A stretch of 64,000 nucleotides of DNA from Rhina ancylostomus (lineage: Eukaryota). How positions within the stretch are numbered: position 1 is the first letter of the stretch; each line of letters opens with the position of its first letter. The stretch is taken from positions 15,833,150 to 15,897,149 of the forward strand of contig JARFYF010000029.1 of the NCBI GenBank assembly GCA_030265395.1, read 5' to 3'. Positions 11,270-23,930 of this stretch are shown here, in pieces. Position numbers and translations under genes: made by a program. Under the pieces are notes generated by a model. The model searched no databases and was not told where the DNA came from. It worked only from the letters and a program-made list of their open reading frames with translations.

Positions 11270-14200
11270 GTATCTGTACATCTGTGTGTTTCATGCTTGT
11301 CATTGGATTTGCAAGACAACTAATTTCTTTTTCTCTTTTCACTCAATGTTCATCTTAAGCATTCTCAGTTCTCATAATATGGGTTAAATAAATTTCAGAG
11401 CCCCTTCAAGCTTTGGTAACAACTTTAAACCCTATATTACAGCCACCTTTATGCCCTCCCTTGGTGAACGAGCTGAGCTTCAGTCACAATTGTAGAAATG
11501 TTAAGGTTGGAATGACTCTTAAGAACATGGGGACACAAGAGACTGCATATGCTGTGCTTTACCCTCCCATCTGACCTCCCCCTCCCTAGTGCAGAGAGAT
11601 TTGTTCTCAGCAGAGGCGTCACCTTTTTACACCTACACCCACACCTCAATGGGTTCCAGCTCGCCATCACGTTGAGCTCTGCGGCTTATTTCTTTGGTAA
11701 GGAGTCCTTATGCCCAACTGATGACCTTTCTCCCTTCTCCAACCCTCCTCTTCCTCTTGGACACTCCCTTCTGGCCTTTTACCCTCTCTCAACCTTTTCA
11801 TTTCCAACTTCTAATGTGACATCAACCATTGGGGTGGAGATACTCACGGCAAGTCAGGCGGAATCTGCCGAGAGAGAAACATTTTTGGGTTGATGACTTT
11901 TCACAAGTTCTGCTTCCCTCCAAAGATGTTTTCTGACATCCTACATATTTCCTGTGTTTTCTGCTTTTATTTCAGATTTCCAGCAGCTACAGTATTTTGA
12001 TTTAAAATTTCTCAAATTACAAACCTGATGGTTGCAAATAGAATTAAAACGAGATTGGCATTTATATGGGGTACTGCCTACACAGCACATTATAAAAGGC
12101 CACATGATGTTGTTTAACCAGCAGGAGCNNNNNNNNNNNNNNNNNNNNNNNNNNNNNNNNNNNNNNCACCAATAGTACATAATAGCCTGGAAATTTAATT
12201 ACATGGTAGTCATTTGACTGACTTGCTTGTGAGGCTGCCCAGTGGTGACCATGTGGGCAAGCTGCTTAAGCTGAATGCATTTTGATGCTCAAACATGCTC
12301 ACCATATAGTTGTGGTGACAGGAATGTAAACCCAGTTACTCAAAGATTAAAAGCTGAATCTCAAATAGCACATATTGATAGATAACTGTATAATATCTCT
12401 TGAAAACATTTCAAAACATGCAACTTAATTTTGAAGACCCCTCACCGACATATGGGTGAATTTGGAAGCTATTTTGAGCAAAGCAAAATCCTATATTTGC
12501 TTGGTGCTTCTTGAGGAGGGAATGTAGGTGAAAATCCTGAGAGAACTCTGCCAGCATGGATGGTGAGAACTGAGCTTGAACCCACAACATCTCTGAACAC
12601 TGAGGTGTAAATGTTGCCACTAAACCAAGCTGACATTCAGGTTTCAGCCTGGCTTCAACATTCATCCGCAATATACATAGAGCTTCAAATCTGTGCGGCA
12701 CTCCAATCCTGACTGAATATAGAGTGTGGTGGAGACAAAAATTAGGCCCTGAATAAAGTCTGTAGAGAAGTGCAAGTACCACTGTTCTGTATGTGAGGGA
12801 AGTGAAGATGGAAAAGCCACAGAGGTATGGGATGTAGAAGAAAGAGGAAGATGTAAACCTTACACGCGCACTCAAAAGATGCATATAAGCACAGAACTTC
12901 AGTGAAAGGTGTGCTTGTCTGAAAATACTTTATAAAAAAAGATGCATGAACTCTAACAGCACTCTGCAGTCCTGTCTTTGGCTAGCAGCCTGCACTGTGG
13001 CTGTGGGTAAACTCACCACTAGCTACAGAAGTAGAGAATGGGATAGAATTAGTACCATTGATTCTGCAAGAATTTGCCTTGTACACTTTTGGTTTGGCTG
13101 ATCAATCTGTTGGCAGCTGGTTGGTGAGCGAGTATTTATTAAGAGTCATGTATAAAGCGAATTATGGGCTGACTACAATGAATGTTGGAGCAAGGAGCCA
13201 AACTTTTCGATTTTTTTTTACATCAAACTTTTAGAATATCAATATTGGTTACAGGAAAAATGGCCTGTGACATAATTTTGTAATTACAATTCACTGAAGT
13301 ACAGATGTTTGTTTAAACTTTGCCATGTCAGCTAAGTGTATTCAAGTATGAATAATCCCACTTAGTACTTAAAGAGCTAAAAATACAGCTTTTACACACC
13401 CATTCACAGAGTGGTTATGTATAATTTTACAGTGGGTACATGACCATTGTATTTATTTGGGGTGGGATTCATTTAGTTTGGATGGTGTTGCATGAAAGGC
13501 AGCCTCGGAGTTATAAAGTGATTGAGAGAGAAAATATATGAAGGAGGATGATTCATCGCAGCCTGCTTGTTATCTAACTGGTTGGTGTCATAATCATCTT
13601 CTAATTCAAGTGATAGGATGCCTCTTTGGCTAGCTGGGGGTTGTTAGTTCCTGGCAAAGAAACAAGTGAATTGAAGAACTGATTGTTAAATAGTATTAAA
13701 AGAACAGGGTGAGAGGGGAAAAAAACCTCACATTCCTCAAGACATATCTTGCATTCCATACTGTCAACAGAAAAAAGAAACAAAAAAGTAACATTCTGAA
13801 TATTAATTGGAACTCTTTAATGGTCAGCAGGAAAGGGGTGCAAAGTGAATGGAAACAGGTAAGCTGAATTAATTGGGAAACTATCATCCTGAACCTTGTA
13901 TTAAAGGGTCCTGTTTGGGATGCAAGAGAAAGGAAGTTGCTGTGTTTAAAACACCAAGCACCATACTTTAGTTAGTTTATTAGCCCTTACTGTGATCTCA
14001 ATGTTTGTGCATTTATGAAATACAAGATTCTCACTGACTAAAGTACCTCAAACATACCTGTGTTTTGAAGGATCAGTATTTAGAATCACACAATTCATCA
14101 AATGATGGTTTGCCTAGTTTAGATTCTGGGAAATTGGCAAAGCTTCTCTTTACTTCCTGTAGCCAGCAAAGCCAATCTGTTTTTTTTTGATGATCTTTGG

Positions 14201-15182
14201 TTCTGCTGAGGGATTGATCGATGTAATTTAGTGTACAGATGCTGGTGCCCCAGAATGCTAGCAATAACTAGTATACAAGTACCTCAACATAAAGGGCAAA
14301 CATATGAGAAACAATTTCATTTTCACTTGTGCAGTAGCTTCCAGTTCACAGATCTGGGATTGGAGACCAAACTTTTCTCTGCAGCAGAGCTGTGATATCT
14401 CTGCCCCAGGAGTGCTGGATGCAGCCACTAAGTCCACAAGTCATATAACTTCACATCACAGTCAGCCAAAAATGAAACCAAATTAGTCTAAAAGATTTCC
14501 AAGGACATTTAAAATGACATTTTTTCCACTAGCAAATCCCAAAGTACATGGAATTGTACTGTATACAATTTATCAAATTACATGATAAGCATGTAAAGAG
14601 TTGAGTAAAACAATAGGGGTAAGGAAGAGGGATAAAAATAAAGCACAAAAATTGGAATTGAGAACCAGTAGGAGAAAATGTTCATAGTAGTAAACTAGTG
14701 CCGTGATTGGAATCAGTATTACAATTAATATGGCTTCAACAAAATCTCATGTGTTTAAAACAAGCTGATAACAAATAAACATAGAAAATTCAGGATCTTC
14801 AGAATATGAAATGAGAAAGGCAGTTTAACATTGTGGCTGCTGTCTCTTACTGGGGCTGAGTGCAACTGTTCATATATTCTTCTGTTGCTCCTTTTGGAAA
14901 TGCAGTTAGAACTCTTGGAAATAAATGAAGTTTATGGAATGGCAATTAAACAAAAAATAATCCCAATTGTGCCCACTTATCCTGACAAATATTTCACTTT
15001 TCTGTAACACTATAAGCAAACAAAATAATACAGATGCTTCCTTTTCATTGAGGAATAGTTACCCACTTGCGGTCCCTCCACATTAGCTTCAATCTGAAAG
15101 AGCCCAAAACTAAAGTCAGGACTTTGAAAGGAACAAAATGCAATAAATTCATCTATAATAGTTGTTATTCTTTGACTAATAG
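11270..15182 (+). other. wnt7b: Last intron of wnt7b (GT-AG)
   Basis: Bounded by the GT and AG of the two Wnt7b exons; phase 0 junction is in frame. Confidence 0.93.
11835..12002. mobile_element. Short fold-back PLE-terminus element in the last wnt7b intron
   Basis: atactcacggcaagtcaggcggaatctgccgagagagaaaca is followed by the inverted arm …atatttcctgtgttttctgcttttatttcagatttccagcagctacagtattttg. Confidence 0.55.
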
Positions 15183-15662
15183 ATTCTGGAAGAAAGAATG
15201 AAGTTGGAATGCAAGTGTCATGGTGTCTCTGGCTCATGTACAACCAAGACATGTTGGACAACTCTTCCCAAATTCCGAGAAATCGGATACATCTTGAAAG
15301 AAAAGTACGGTGAGGCTGTTCATGTTGAAGCAGTGAGGGCCAGCAGATTACGCCAGCCCACCTTTCTTAAAATCAAGAAGCCCAGGACCTATCGAAAGCC
15401 AATGGACACAGATCTAGTTTATATAGAGCGATCGCCAAACTACTGTGAGGAGGACAGCTCAACAGGGAGCGTGGGCACACAGGGACGGTTATGTAATCGC
15501 ACCTCCCATCACGGGGATGGCTGTGACCTTATGTGCTGCGGCCGAGGTTACAATACCCACCAGTATACCAAAGTGTGGCAGTGCAACTGCAAATTCCACT
15601 GGTGCTGCTTTGTCAAGTGCAACACATGCAGCGAGAGGACTGAAGTCTTCACCTGTAAGTGA
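15183..15662 (+). CDS. wnt7b: Wnt-7b, last coding exon (exon 4 equivalent)
   Basis: Acceptor gactaatag|ATT (AG 15181-15182) joins in frame to the previous exon (…EAGRK|[19 protein letters not shown]…). It has the Wnt signature [10 protein letters not shown] with the palmitoleoylated Ser (TCT 15228-15230), the Cys-rich C-terminus [26 protein letters not shown], and TGA at 15660-15662; 480 nt. Confidence 0.97.
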   Translation: MLEERMKLECKCHGVSGSCTTKTCWTTLPKFREIGYILKEKYGEAVHVEAVRASRLRQPTFLKIKKPRTYRKPMDTDLVYIERSPNYCEEDSSTGSVGTQGRLCNRTSHHGDGCDLMCCGRGYNTHQYTKVWQCNCKFHWCCFVKCNTCSERTEVFTCK

Positions 15663-16900
15663 GACGATTACCCCAACAGAAAAGCAGACGGACACTCTAT
15701 CCTTGGGGTGGAGAATCACAACAAAAGCAAAATGAGAAGGAAGAAACAAGGAGTCAACAAAAGAAGAGTGGAATTGAAAATCAACTCAGTACAGCATCAA
15801 TTTGCACATCTACTTACAAATACCCACTCTTTGCTTGAAACATGTTGCAAGTCATTTGGCTATGTTTCTACACCATGATCATAATAACGAGTCGGTTGCT
15901 ATTTGATAGACCTGGTGCCGGTGCAAATCTGCAGTCCATTCTTATGGACAGTATTATTATTGACATCTGTATGGCAAGTGGTGGGGAAACCAGCTAGAAC
16001 TCCCAAAGTGCCATGCACTTGACTATCTCACCTCACTTTCACAATCTCCACAAGAAACTCTGCTCAGTCATAGCACTATCCTCATGCTGTGAGAAAACAT
16101 AAACAATGTCTTTTCACACACAAAACAAGAAATGCTTGAGGCACAAAGTGGGCACTAAAGGAGTCATCGAGTGGCAAAGAAACAAAACAATTGTTCAGTG
16201 CTTTTAAGGACTGGAAATGATTTAGCTGCATCATCCAAGACGTGATGGGCTAAGGTCCAGAGTAAAGGAGCAAGATGGGAAGAACCATTTGTTATTTTGT
16301 TTGGAACTGACTAAATGTGTGTCTTGTCCAGTCTCACTGGAGCTATTTGGATACTAGAAAAAAAAGTTTATTTATGTTATAGAATGAACAAATCTAAGCA
16401 CTAACGGGTAGTAATATTGTAATTTTTAAAAATATAAACCTGTTAGATTCTTTCCTGACTTATTATGCATTAATTTGGATATTTCTCCAAATGTTTCTTG
16501 GACACTAATCTGCTTATACATTGATAGTTTAACAGAAAGTGCGGCTAGAATGATACGGAGGGACACATGAACAGTGTAAATTCGAAAATTTACATNNNNN
16601 NNNNNNNNNNNNNNNNNNNNNNNNNNNNNNNNNNNNNNNNNNNNNNNNNNNNNNNNNNNNNNNNNNNNNNNNNNNNNNNNNNNNNNNNNNNNNNNTTTTA
16701 AATGTCACCATACTATTGAAGAAATGAGGGAGAGATTAAACAGAAAACTGCAGAGACTAACGTTGGTGTTATGTAATTGCTGAAATCTCCAACAAATTGA
16801 AAATCAGAATACTCTTAAAAAATATTAATTTATTTTGAAAGGAAGTTCCTGAATGCTGGGACAAAGGGACATAAAATGCTACAGGTATGGCTGACAATAA
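15663..16900 (+). other. wnt7b: wnt7b 3' UTR (end uncertain)
   Basis: Unique sequence following the stop, with an AU-rich TTATTTAT at 16368-16375 and an ATTAAA at 16735-16740. An AATAAA is present much later at 18710-18715. The true end cannot be fixed. Confidence 0.5.
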
Positions 16901-19900
16901 TTATTGATAAAAAGTAATGTTTTTATGGTTAAGGAAATGTTATGACCCAGGACAATACATTGGTACTTAATTTGATTTGTATTGCTTCTTCAGTTGTTTT
17001 GTGTCATCTTGCATTTGCAGAAATGGGGACATGCTAGAAAAGGTGTTTTTGACTGAAATTGTGCCCTGTTGGTTTTTGCAATATAAGTATTATATTTTAC
17101 TAAATATCAGTAATGCAGTTTGGTTGGTCTATATGTAGCTTTATATGCTTGTGCATTAAGTTAAATGTTATGCATTGAGACTTTCAGTAGCTATTTGCTT
17201 TTTACATCTGCAGTGCAAGATGTGTCACTTTGTGTGTCTGTCAAACTGAGATCCATCACTGGGTCAAACAGTTCAATCACACCTTGAGTTCTGAGGTTCT
17301 GCACATCTTTTTAAAGTATATATTCATGCATAAAATTTTAATTTTGATGCAATAGCTTTCCTTCCCTCTGCCTAAGTAATTGTTTGAGTTTCCTCTGCTG
17401 CTTTGCCTCTCTTCAGTCTAGAAGATGGGTTCTCAGGTTTGCCCAATAGGAGGCTTGGGTCACTCAGGCAGTAGGATAGGACCCATTGGTTTGTCTGCCC
17501 TAGTACATGAAGCACTGGAAGTGACACACCTCTGCTGGAAGTTATGCTGAAAAACTGTTGGAAGGAGTTTGGATGTCAAATTAAGGCTGGTAATTGAACA
17601 CTGCCCTCTGGGAAGTCAACTCCAGAGCAGCAATGCACAGGGGATCCCTGCTACACCCCACAGCAGGCCTGAGGGATGAAAATGAGATGACTCATGATTG
17701 GTATAGTTGTCATCGTGAAATATCTGCCAACAATTCTTCCTCTCTGGATGCCTCATGTTTCCATATTGGAATAACTTCATAAAGACCAAGCATTCGCATC
17801 GGGCAACCTTGATCATCAAAATAACTGTCATCCTTTCATATTATTTTCTCTGACTCCATCTATTTTGAAAGTTTCTTTCATCTGCTGGTGTATAACATAT
17901 TCTGGACTTCAATGGCAGAACAACTCACTTCAGTGTCATTCTGTGATAGATCCCTAGATTTTGCCATGGACCCATTTAGGTGGGCTACAAAACTGTCGTT
18001 ACCTTTGGGTAAGCTGATCAATTTATTTGTGCCTGTCAGACAACAGTCAGATGGCCAGCAATGCATGTCCAATTTTAATCAGAAGCAGTTGAAAGCTGCA
18101 GCATAATTGATGCGGCTTTCTGTGTGTTCCAATTTTGCACTGAGGTCTGATACCCCAGTGTGGATCACAATTGAAAACACCCAGTCAAATTTTGCAGTTG
18201 TCTCAATGGAGCCCAGTATGATCCATTCAATCTCTGTGCAGTTAGAAATGACTACTCAGGAGTAGGTGTTGAAAACCCAAACAACCGTATCCCAGCATGA
18301 CCCCTGATCGCTGGAAGAAAGGGAGGGGAACAGACAGTTCATTCAGCTGGACCAATGGTGGTTCAAAATGATTGAACAACTTTGCATCAAGACACTCTTC
18401 TTTTACAATATTTTCCTGTACCTCTCCACTTAATAATGATGGGTTTACTTCTCTGCTTCTATTGCTAATAGAATATCCAAATCGGAACAGACACAGCTAA
18501 TATACCCATCCTGAGATCCATAGCCTCATGCATGATTACAAGGTGAAGCTCAAACGCAGAGAAAGTGGGAATAAGTGCTATATTTCATACTTGCTCAATG
18601 TATTGGACAAGGACAGGAAGTTGAAGCAAACTGTTTGAACAGAATATGAAAGAACAGATGGATATCAAACTAGCATGAATGCTCAGGTTAACTGAAGATT
18701 AATCTTTAAAATAAATCCACATCTAGCTCTCTCCTCTGCAATATTATTCAAATACTAAAATTATTACAGGTTTTAATAGAATTTCTAAATACTTGGCTAA
18801 TATGTACTCACTCTCATCTCCTCAAATACTCCCTTTGAGTTTATCCTGATTCAGCCAATGCCAATGGCAGGAATGGGGAGGAAGCTGACTTTGACAGAGA
18901 AAACTCCCAAGGCTTGAACTGTTTTGACCCAAATACTTTTCAGGGGATGAGCAAGAAGATCCAATAACACTCTTGGATTTTAATATATAGAACATATCCA
19001 ATAACTATTTACATCTAAAATATGTTTCAATTTTTAGATTACATATTTTTAATAAGAGAGAAGGAACAAGAGCAATAAATCTCTTAATTTTCATCAAGGA
19101 GACAGCAGATAACCCACAATACTAGTGGTACTCTTGAAATACTTAATTAGAGAGGGCTTTCTATGTAATATTGTACCTAAATGTTATTGGGATTGTCAGA
19201 CTGTATCAGAATACCACTGTGGCTACTCACCATGATAGGAAGTTGGACCAAAATAATACAAAAAATCTTGAAATTCATTTTACTTCCTCTATGTCCCTTC
19301 AGTTGACAATCACGTTCACTTTAATTTATCTGGGAAAGGAAAGATGACACCTACTACTTATATATTTAGGAACATTTAGTAGACCCATACTGACCACATC
19401 AGTGCTGTTTTACAGTACAACAAACATTTTTATAAAAAGCACCCCCCATTTCTCTTTTCCAGTGTTTTTTTTTACTTAACACATCCTCTATTAGATTCAG
19501 GTAGCACAAATTATTCTCATGTTGACAGGATAATGCTGATGGAATGTACTCCAAAGCCTCTGCAGGTATCTCTCTGAAAGAAGACAGGGCATTCTCTCTG
19601 ACGTTCATCCTCTGGCAAAAAAACCCATAGCATAAGCTACTGGCAAATTGACAAGTACTTTTATGGGATGTCTGTCAGTGTGAAGGTCTCAAGTTGCAGT
19701 CCTGACAACAAATACCCTTTTGAAAACAGATGCTGCATAGTCACTGAAACATGGTGCATTCAGGATTCAAAGCAGAACTTTTCTTGGCTAATTTTAAATA
19801 TTTTTAACAAATTATAAAAGAGGGGTGCAGTGTTGTTAGAGTATTGCTGAACTTCTCTCAGTTTACTCAAAGTTCTACAACAGCTTGCTCTTATAGAAAC

Positions 19901-22559
19901 CCAAGTTTTAGCAGTAAAAGCTATAACGACATCTCACATCATTTTTAAATTCTAACACTTAGGGACCAAACTGGATAACAGTGGAAAATGTACCATGGGA
20001 ATGCAATGCAGGATTCACACAAAATGTCTGCTGCTAGTCAATGTTAACTGCAGAGCTTCCTGTCTCAGTTAACCTCCACTGGACCCAATTTTGTGAGTTA
20101 GCATCAACTGAAGCAAGCTAATGCTAACTAAACCCAGCCTCCATCTCTTAAAGGATGGGGCTTCGGAGCTGGGAGGGTGGTGGGGGAATCACGCTACACC
20201 TTTCAGGAGCTTTCNNNNNNNNNNNNNNNNNNNNNNNNNNNNNNNNNNNNNNNNNNNNNNNNNNNNNNNNNNNNNNNNNNNNNNNNNNNNNNNNNNNNNN
20301 NNNNNNNNNNNNNNNNNNNNACACACAGCCTCAAAGCAGTGGTAGCAAAGTAGACATTAGGAATTAATCCCAAACTCAAGCACCATCTAATCTCGCACCA
20401 ACTACACCACTGGCTTTCTACATTCCTCCAGAATCTAGCCCTATCTTCAAACACCAGGACTTTGTATACCATAGAAGGTACATTACCAGATAAATGCAGT
20501 GAGTCACTGGACACAAGTACCCCGTAGCTGGGTGCCAGCTCCACATTAGGCAAGGTTGCACATGGGCACCCACTTATTAGCTGAACAAAACCGGTCTTGC
20601 TCTCACTGAAAATCCCTACACGAGAACAAAGTGAATTTGACTCCCCTTCAATATATGTCTCCATTATCTCGCTAATGGCGTGATGCACTGTAAATGGCCA
20701 GATATTGCTAATATCTCCAACAACAAGCTTGGAAGGAGTCAGAGGCATAGAACTTTGGTGCAAATTCAGGGAGGAAAAATAACATGCATAAGTCACCCCA
20801 GTTACATCCTTAAGAGGGTGTTATTTTGGTGGACATTAGGATTAGGAAGCAGTTGCGAGCTTGCCCATTCTTCAGGTGAACAAACTCAGTACAAGAAAAC
20901 TTTGTTAAATATTTAGATATTTTTACAAAAGAATATGATACTAATATCTTGCTTTAAGTATACCAACCATTTCAAGCAAATATTCTTAATTAAAATAACC
21001 AAGGCTGTGGGTAGTCTCCTATTGAAGATAGGACACTCATATTTCCAAACTGGAACCCTTAAGAGTAAAATGCAAACTCACCTAACTGGTAATGCCGTGA
21101 AATGGTTCCTTTTTGATATTTTTAAGAAAAGGTGCACTTCTATCAATAATTGATAGGCTTAACTTCACACATTCATTTTTATTGATGTTATAGTTCAGTA
21201 CCACATATAGACCAACCAAGAGAGACTCCACTGTTCTGCTAACTAACTCAGAGCAGCTTGTTTAATCTGCAGCGCTTTGGGCGATCTGTAAATCTTATTT
21301 TTGCTCTTCAACAATGCATCTTCCCTCTATTTCGAAGCCCAAGTATATATTTTCACAGAGAATATTTTTCTATTTGATATTTTTTTATAAACTTGCAAAT
21401 AATCACGTACCTCTTTGTAACTTTTTAAAATTGTTATTCCCATTTTTGCAGGTACTCTGTAGTTTTGTTCGAAAATGAAGTCATGTCACGTGGCTCTTCA
21501 TAAGCAATGAATGGCAGACGGCACTGCCACATTCAACTGGTTTATGCTTTCACTACTTTTCCTGTATCTGAAAGGCATAACAGGGAACTATTGGAGCAGA
21601 AATAAGATGCGTTTTGTTAGTTGTCTGAAGCCCTGAGGACCGGAACCGGATAACTCCTGATATTGTAGACTAGATTGACAGAAAATAAATCCGTTTCTTT
21701 CTGACAAACATTTTGCCATTAAAAAAAATGAGATACAAAAACAGGCTTTGCTGTGTGGGTACTTTTCTGTAAGGCTAGTATTGTCAACGTGTCAGAATCA
21801 TTAGCTCATTGGCATATATTCTGCAAGCTAATGCTTCTGGTCTAATTCACTATAGGGACAACATGTCTGCTACTAAAATAAAACCCAGGTTGAAAAGAGA
21901 GGGAAAAAAATGCTAAAAGTGACAAGACTGGTGAAACACAGGATCACTGCACTCTGCAGCCAGGCTGCTGCGACAATTTTTCGTTCCTTCATGTCCTATT
22001 AACCCTCTCCCAACTTACCTTTCTGCTTAACTGTTGCCATGCTATTTGTGGTCCCACATTCACCATGTGCCACAAATGTATAATGACCCTCTACAAACAT
22101 ACATCTCTAGAGCAACTACAAAAATACACCAAGTCTGTGGAGCAACTTCCTCTTGCACACCCTCATAAAGAGGAAAAATTGTTAGGTCTGACTGAAAGAA
22201 CAAATGAATGTGAAGTTTATCGATGTAATAATCAGACACAGACTACAAGTAGAACCTGCTTAGTGATGGCATGACTCATAGGAAACGTACACATTGGCTT
22301 TCAAAACTATGGGATCATTTAATTTGTAGATTTTCACTCTATAACCAAAGCGATCCTTTGCTGGTTTAGTTCTAGATTTATATTGGAAAGTCTTTGGTTA
22401 ACTTGAAATCAAGCAGGGGGAGGGGTCAGCAGGGTCATGGAACCCACCCTCTTTAGAAACATTAAGGGCACATGCATTTGTTTGTTCATGTAAAATGTAC
22501 ATATTGTCTGAAGTACCCACCAAATATGATCTATTTAAATTCCTGCACACAATATTACT

Positions 22560-22770
22560 GACACTGGAAAACAAAAAAATAAACAGAAAATGCCGGAAAA
22601 ATGTGGCACGTTTGAAGGAAGAGTCAATATTTCAGGTCAGCCATCTCTCATCATTTTGATGAAATGTCAGTGGTCTGGAAAGTTAACCATGTTTCTCCCT
22701 CCACAGATGCTACCTGATATGCTGAGTATCTCCAACATTTTCTGTTCTTATTTCAGATTTCTAGCATTTT
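22560..22770. mobile_element. Fold-back PLE-terminus element with palindromic centre
   Basis: Arms aacagaaaatgccgga… and …tccaacattttctgtt surround the centre TCATCA-TTT-TGATGA (22648-22662). Confidence 0.7.
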
Positions 22771-22842
22771 CATATCTGGGATACCCAGCTCAGATTAAGA
22801 CCATTTGATCATTTACCTCTTGGTTCCCTTCCCCTTGGCCAA

Positions 22843-22960
22843 ACTTTTTAAAATTTAAAAAGAAAATTTATTTACAGTGTGGTAACAGGCCCTTCCAGCC
22901 CAACGAGTCTGCGCCGCCCATTTTAAACCCCATGTTAACCTACCCGTATGTCTTCAGAAA
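22843..22960 (-). mobile_element. V-SINE (HE1-like) 3' fragment
   Basis: ttatttacagtgtggtaacaggcccttccagcccaacgagtctgcgccgcccattttaaaccccatgttaacctacccgtatgtctt matches 55550-55645. Confidence 0.85.
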
Positions 22961-23129
22961 CTTGGAAGCTTCTCCCCATTCAGAGTGTGGATAATGATAA
23001 AGGTCATCTTTCTACAGAATCAAAATGAATTTATACAGTATACATTATCAGAATATTTCATGCAGTTAATTACTTTTGAAGTGCAGTTACCTTTTTCTAA
23101 ATAATGCCACATCAACTGACCATACCTTC

Positions 23130-23620
23130 CACTAAGAACACTATATGGAACATTATGCCTCGCTTCACACTCTGGCATGTCTCCCTCTCTCTCTGGCACT
23201 TTCTTCTCCTTTGGGTGTCTCACTTTGTTTCACTCCTCTTGCATCTTGGTAAAAATCCTGATTCTCTACCAGCCATCCAAATATCATAAATCTTACTGAG
23301 ATATCATCACCAATTTGCTGCCTCTGCACCTGAATGATTTCTTATCCTCGCTGATTTCAAGTTCTATTCCAACTCACCCTGCTCTCCCTCCTGATTTCAC
23401 TGCCTCCTTAATTCTTAGTCTTTCATATAAACTCCCCAGCCCATATTCACAGACACTCCTACGCCTTGTCACCCCAGTATTCTCATTACCCTCACTACTC
23501 CCATTGTCACAGTCACAGGAAGGGCTCTCTCTTACTACTTCCTTGTATTCTCCTCTCTCCATTCCAAACCCTCTGTGTTCGTCTGTGGAAAAACTCTTAA
23601 CGATTCACTTAGATTTGCTT
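23130..23620 (+). mobile_element. Highly degenerate L2-like LINE fragment
   Basis: Pyrimidine-rich strand bias and similarity in style to the L2 at 31560-32998; no clean motif. Confidence 0.35.
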
Positions 23621-23847
23621 TTCAAAATCTAAATTCTCTAGCTTTTGGCCTCCATTTGCAATTATGTTTCACCATGCTCATCCATTAATGACACTGGAAT
23701 CTGGAAATAAGATAAAGATACAATTGAAGAGACTGTAAAGTGATTGTTAAGCTGGTAGGTTGATGTCATTTAGATAAGCAAACTTGATTTGATCTCTGGT
23801 TTGGCCTATATATGATTCTCATCCTATGTCAATGTGGTTAATAATTA

Positions 23848-23930
23848 AATAAAAACAGAAGACGCTGGAAATACTCATCAGGTCAGGCTGCGTCTATGGG
23901 AAGAGAAACAGAGTTAATGGTTCAGGGCAG
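23848..23930 (-). mobile_element. PLE terminal-repeat fragment
   Basis: aaaaacagaagacgctggaaatactcatcaggtcaggctgcgtctatgggaagagaaacagagttaatggttcagg. Confidence 0.7.

Noticed and set aside
10976-11323. ORF-track 115-aa protein as a stand-alone gene
   Set aside because: It is the Wnt7b exon with intronic read-through at both ends; splice sites delimit 10998-11269.
12411-12884. 157-aa antisense ORF in the wnt7b intron
   Set aside because: No recognisable domain, no splice context, and composition typical of non-coding DNA.
10998-15662. Calling the gene Wnt7a or a third Wnt7 paralogue
   Set aside because: Exon 3 and the C-terminus carry 7B-type residues, and the convergent neighbour is atxn10, as for WNT7B.
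15445-15749. Overlapping alternative-frame and antisense ORFs over Wnt7b exon 4
   Set aside because: Short shadows of a real coding exon, with no recognisable product.
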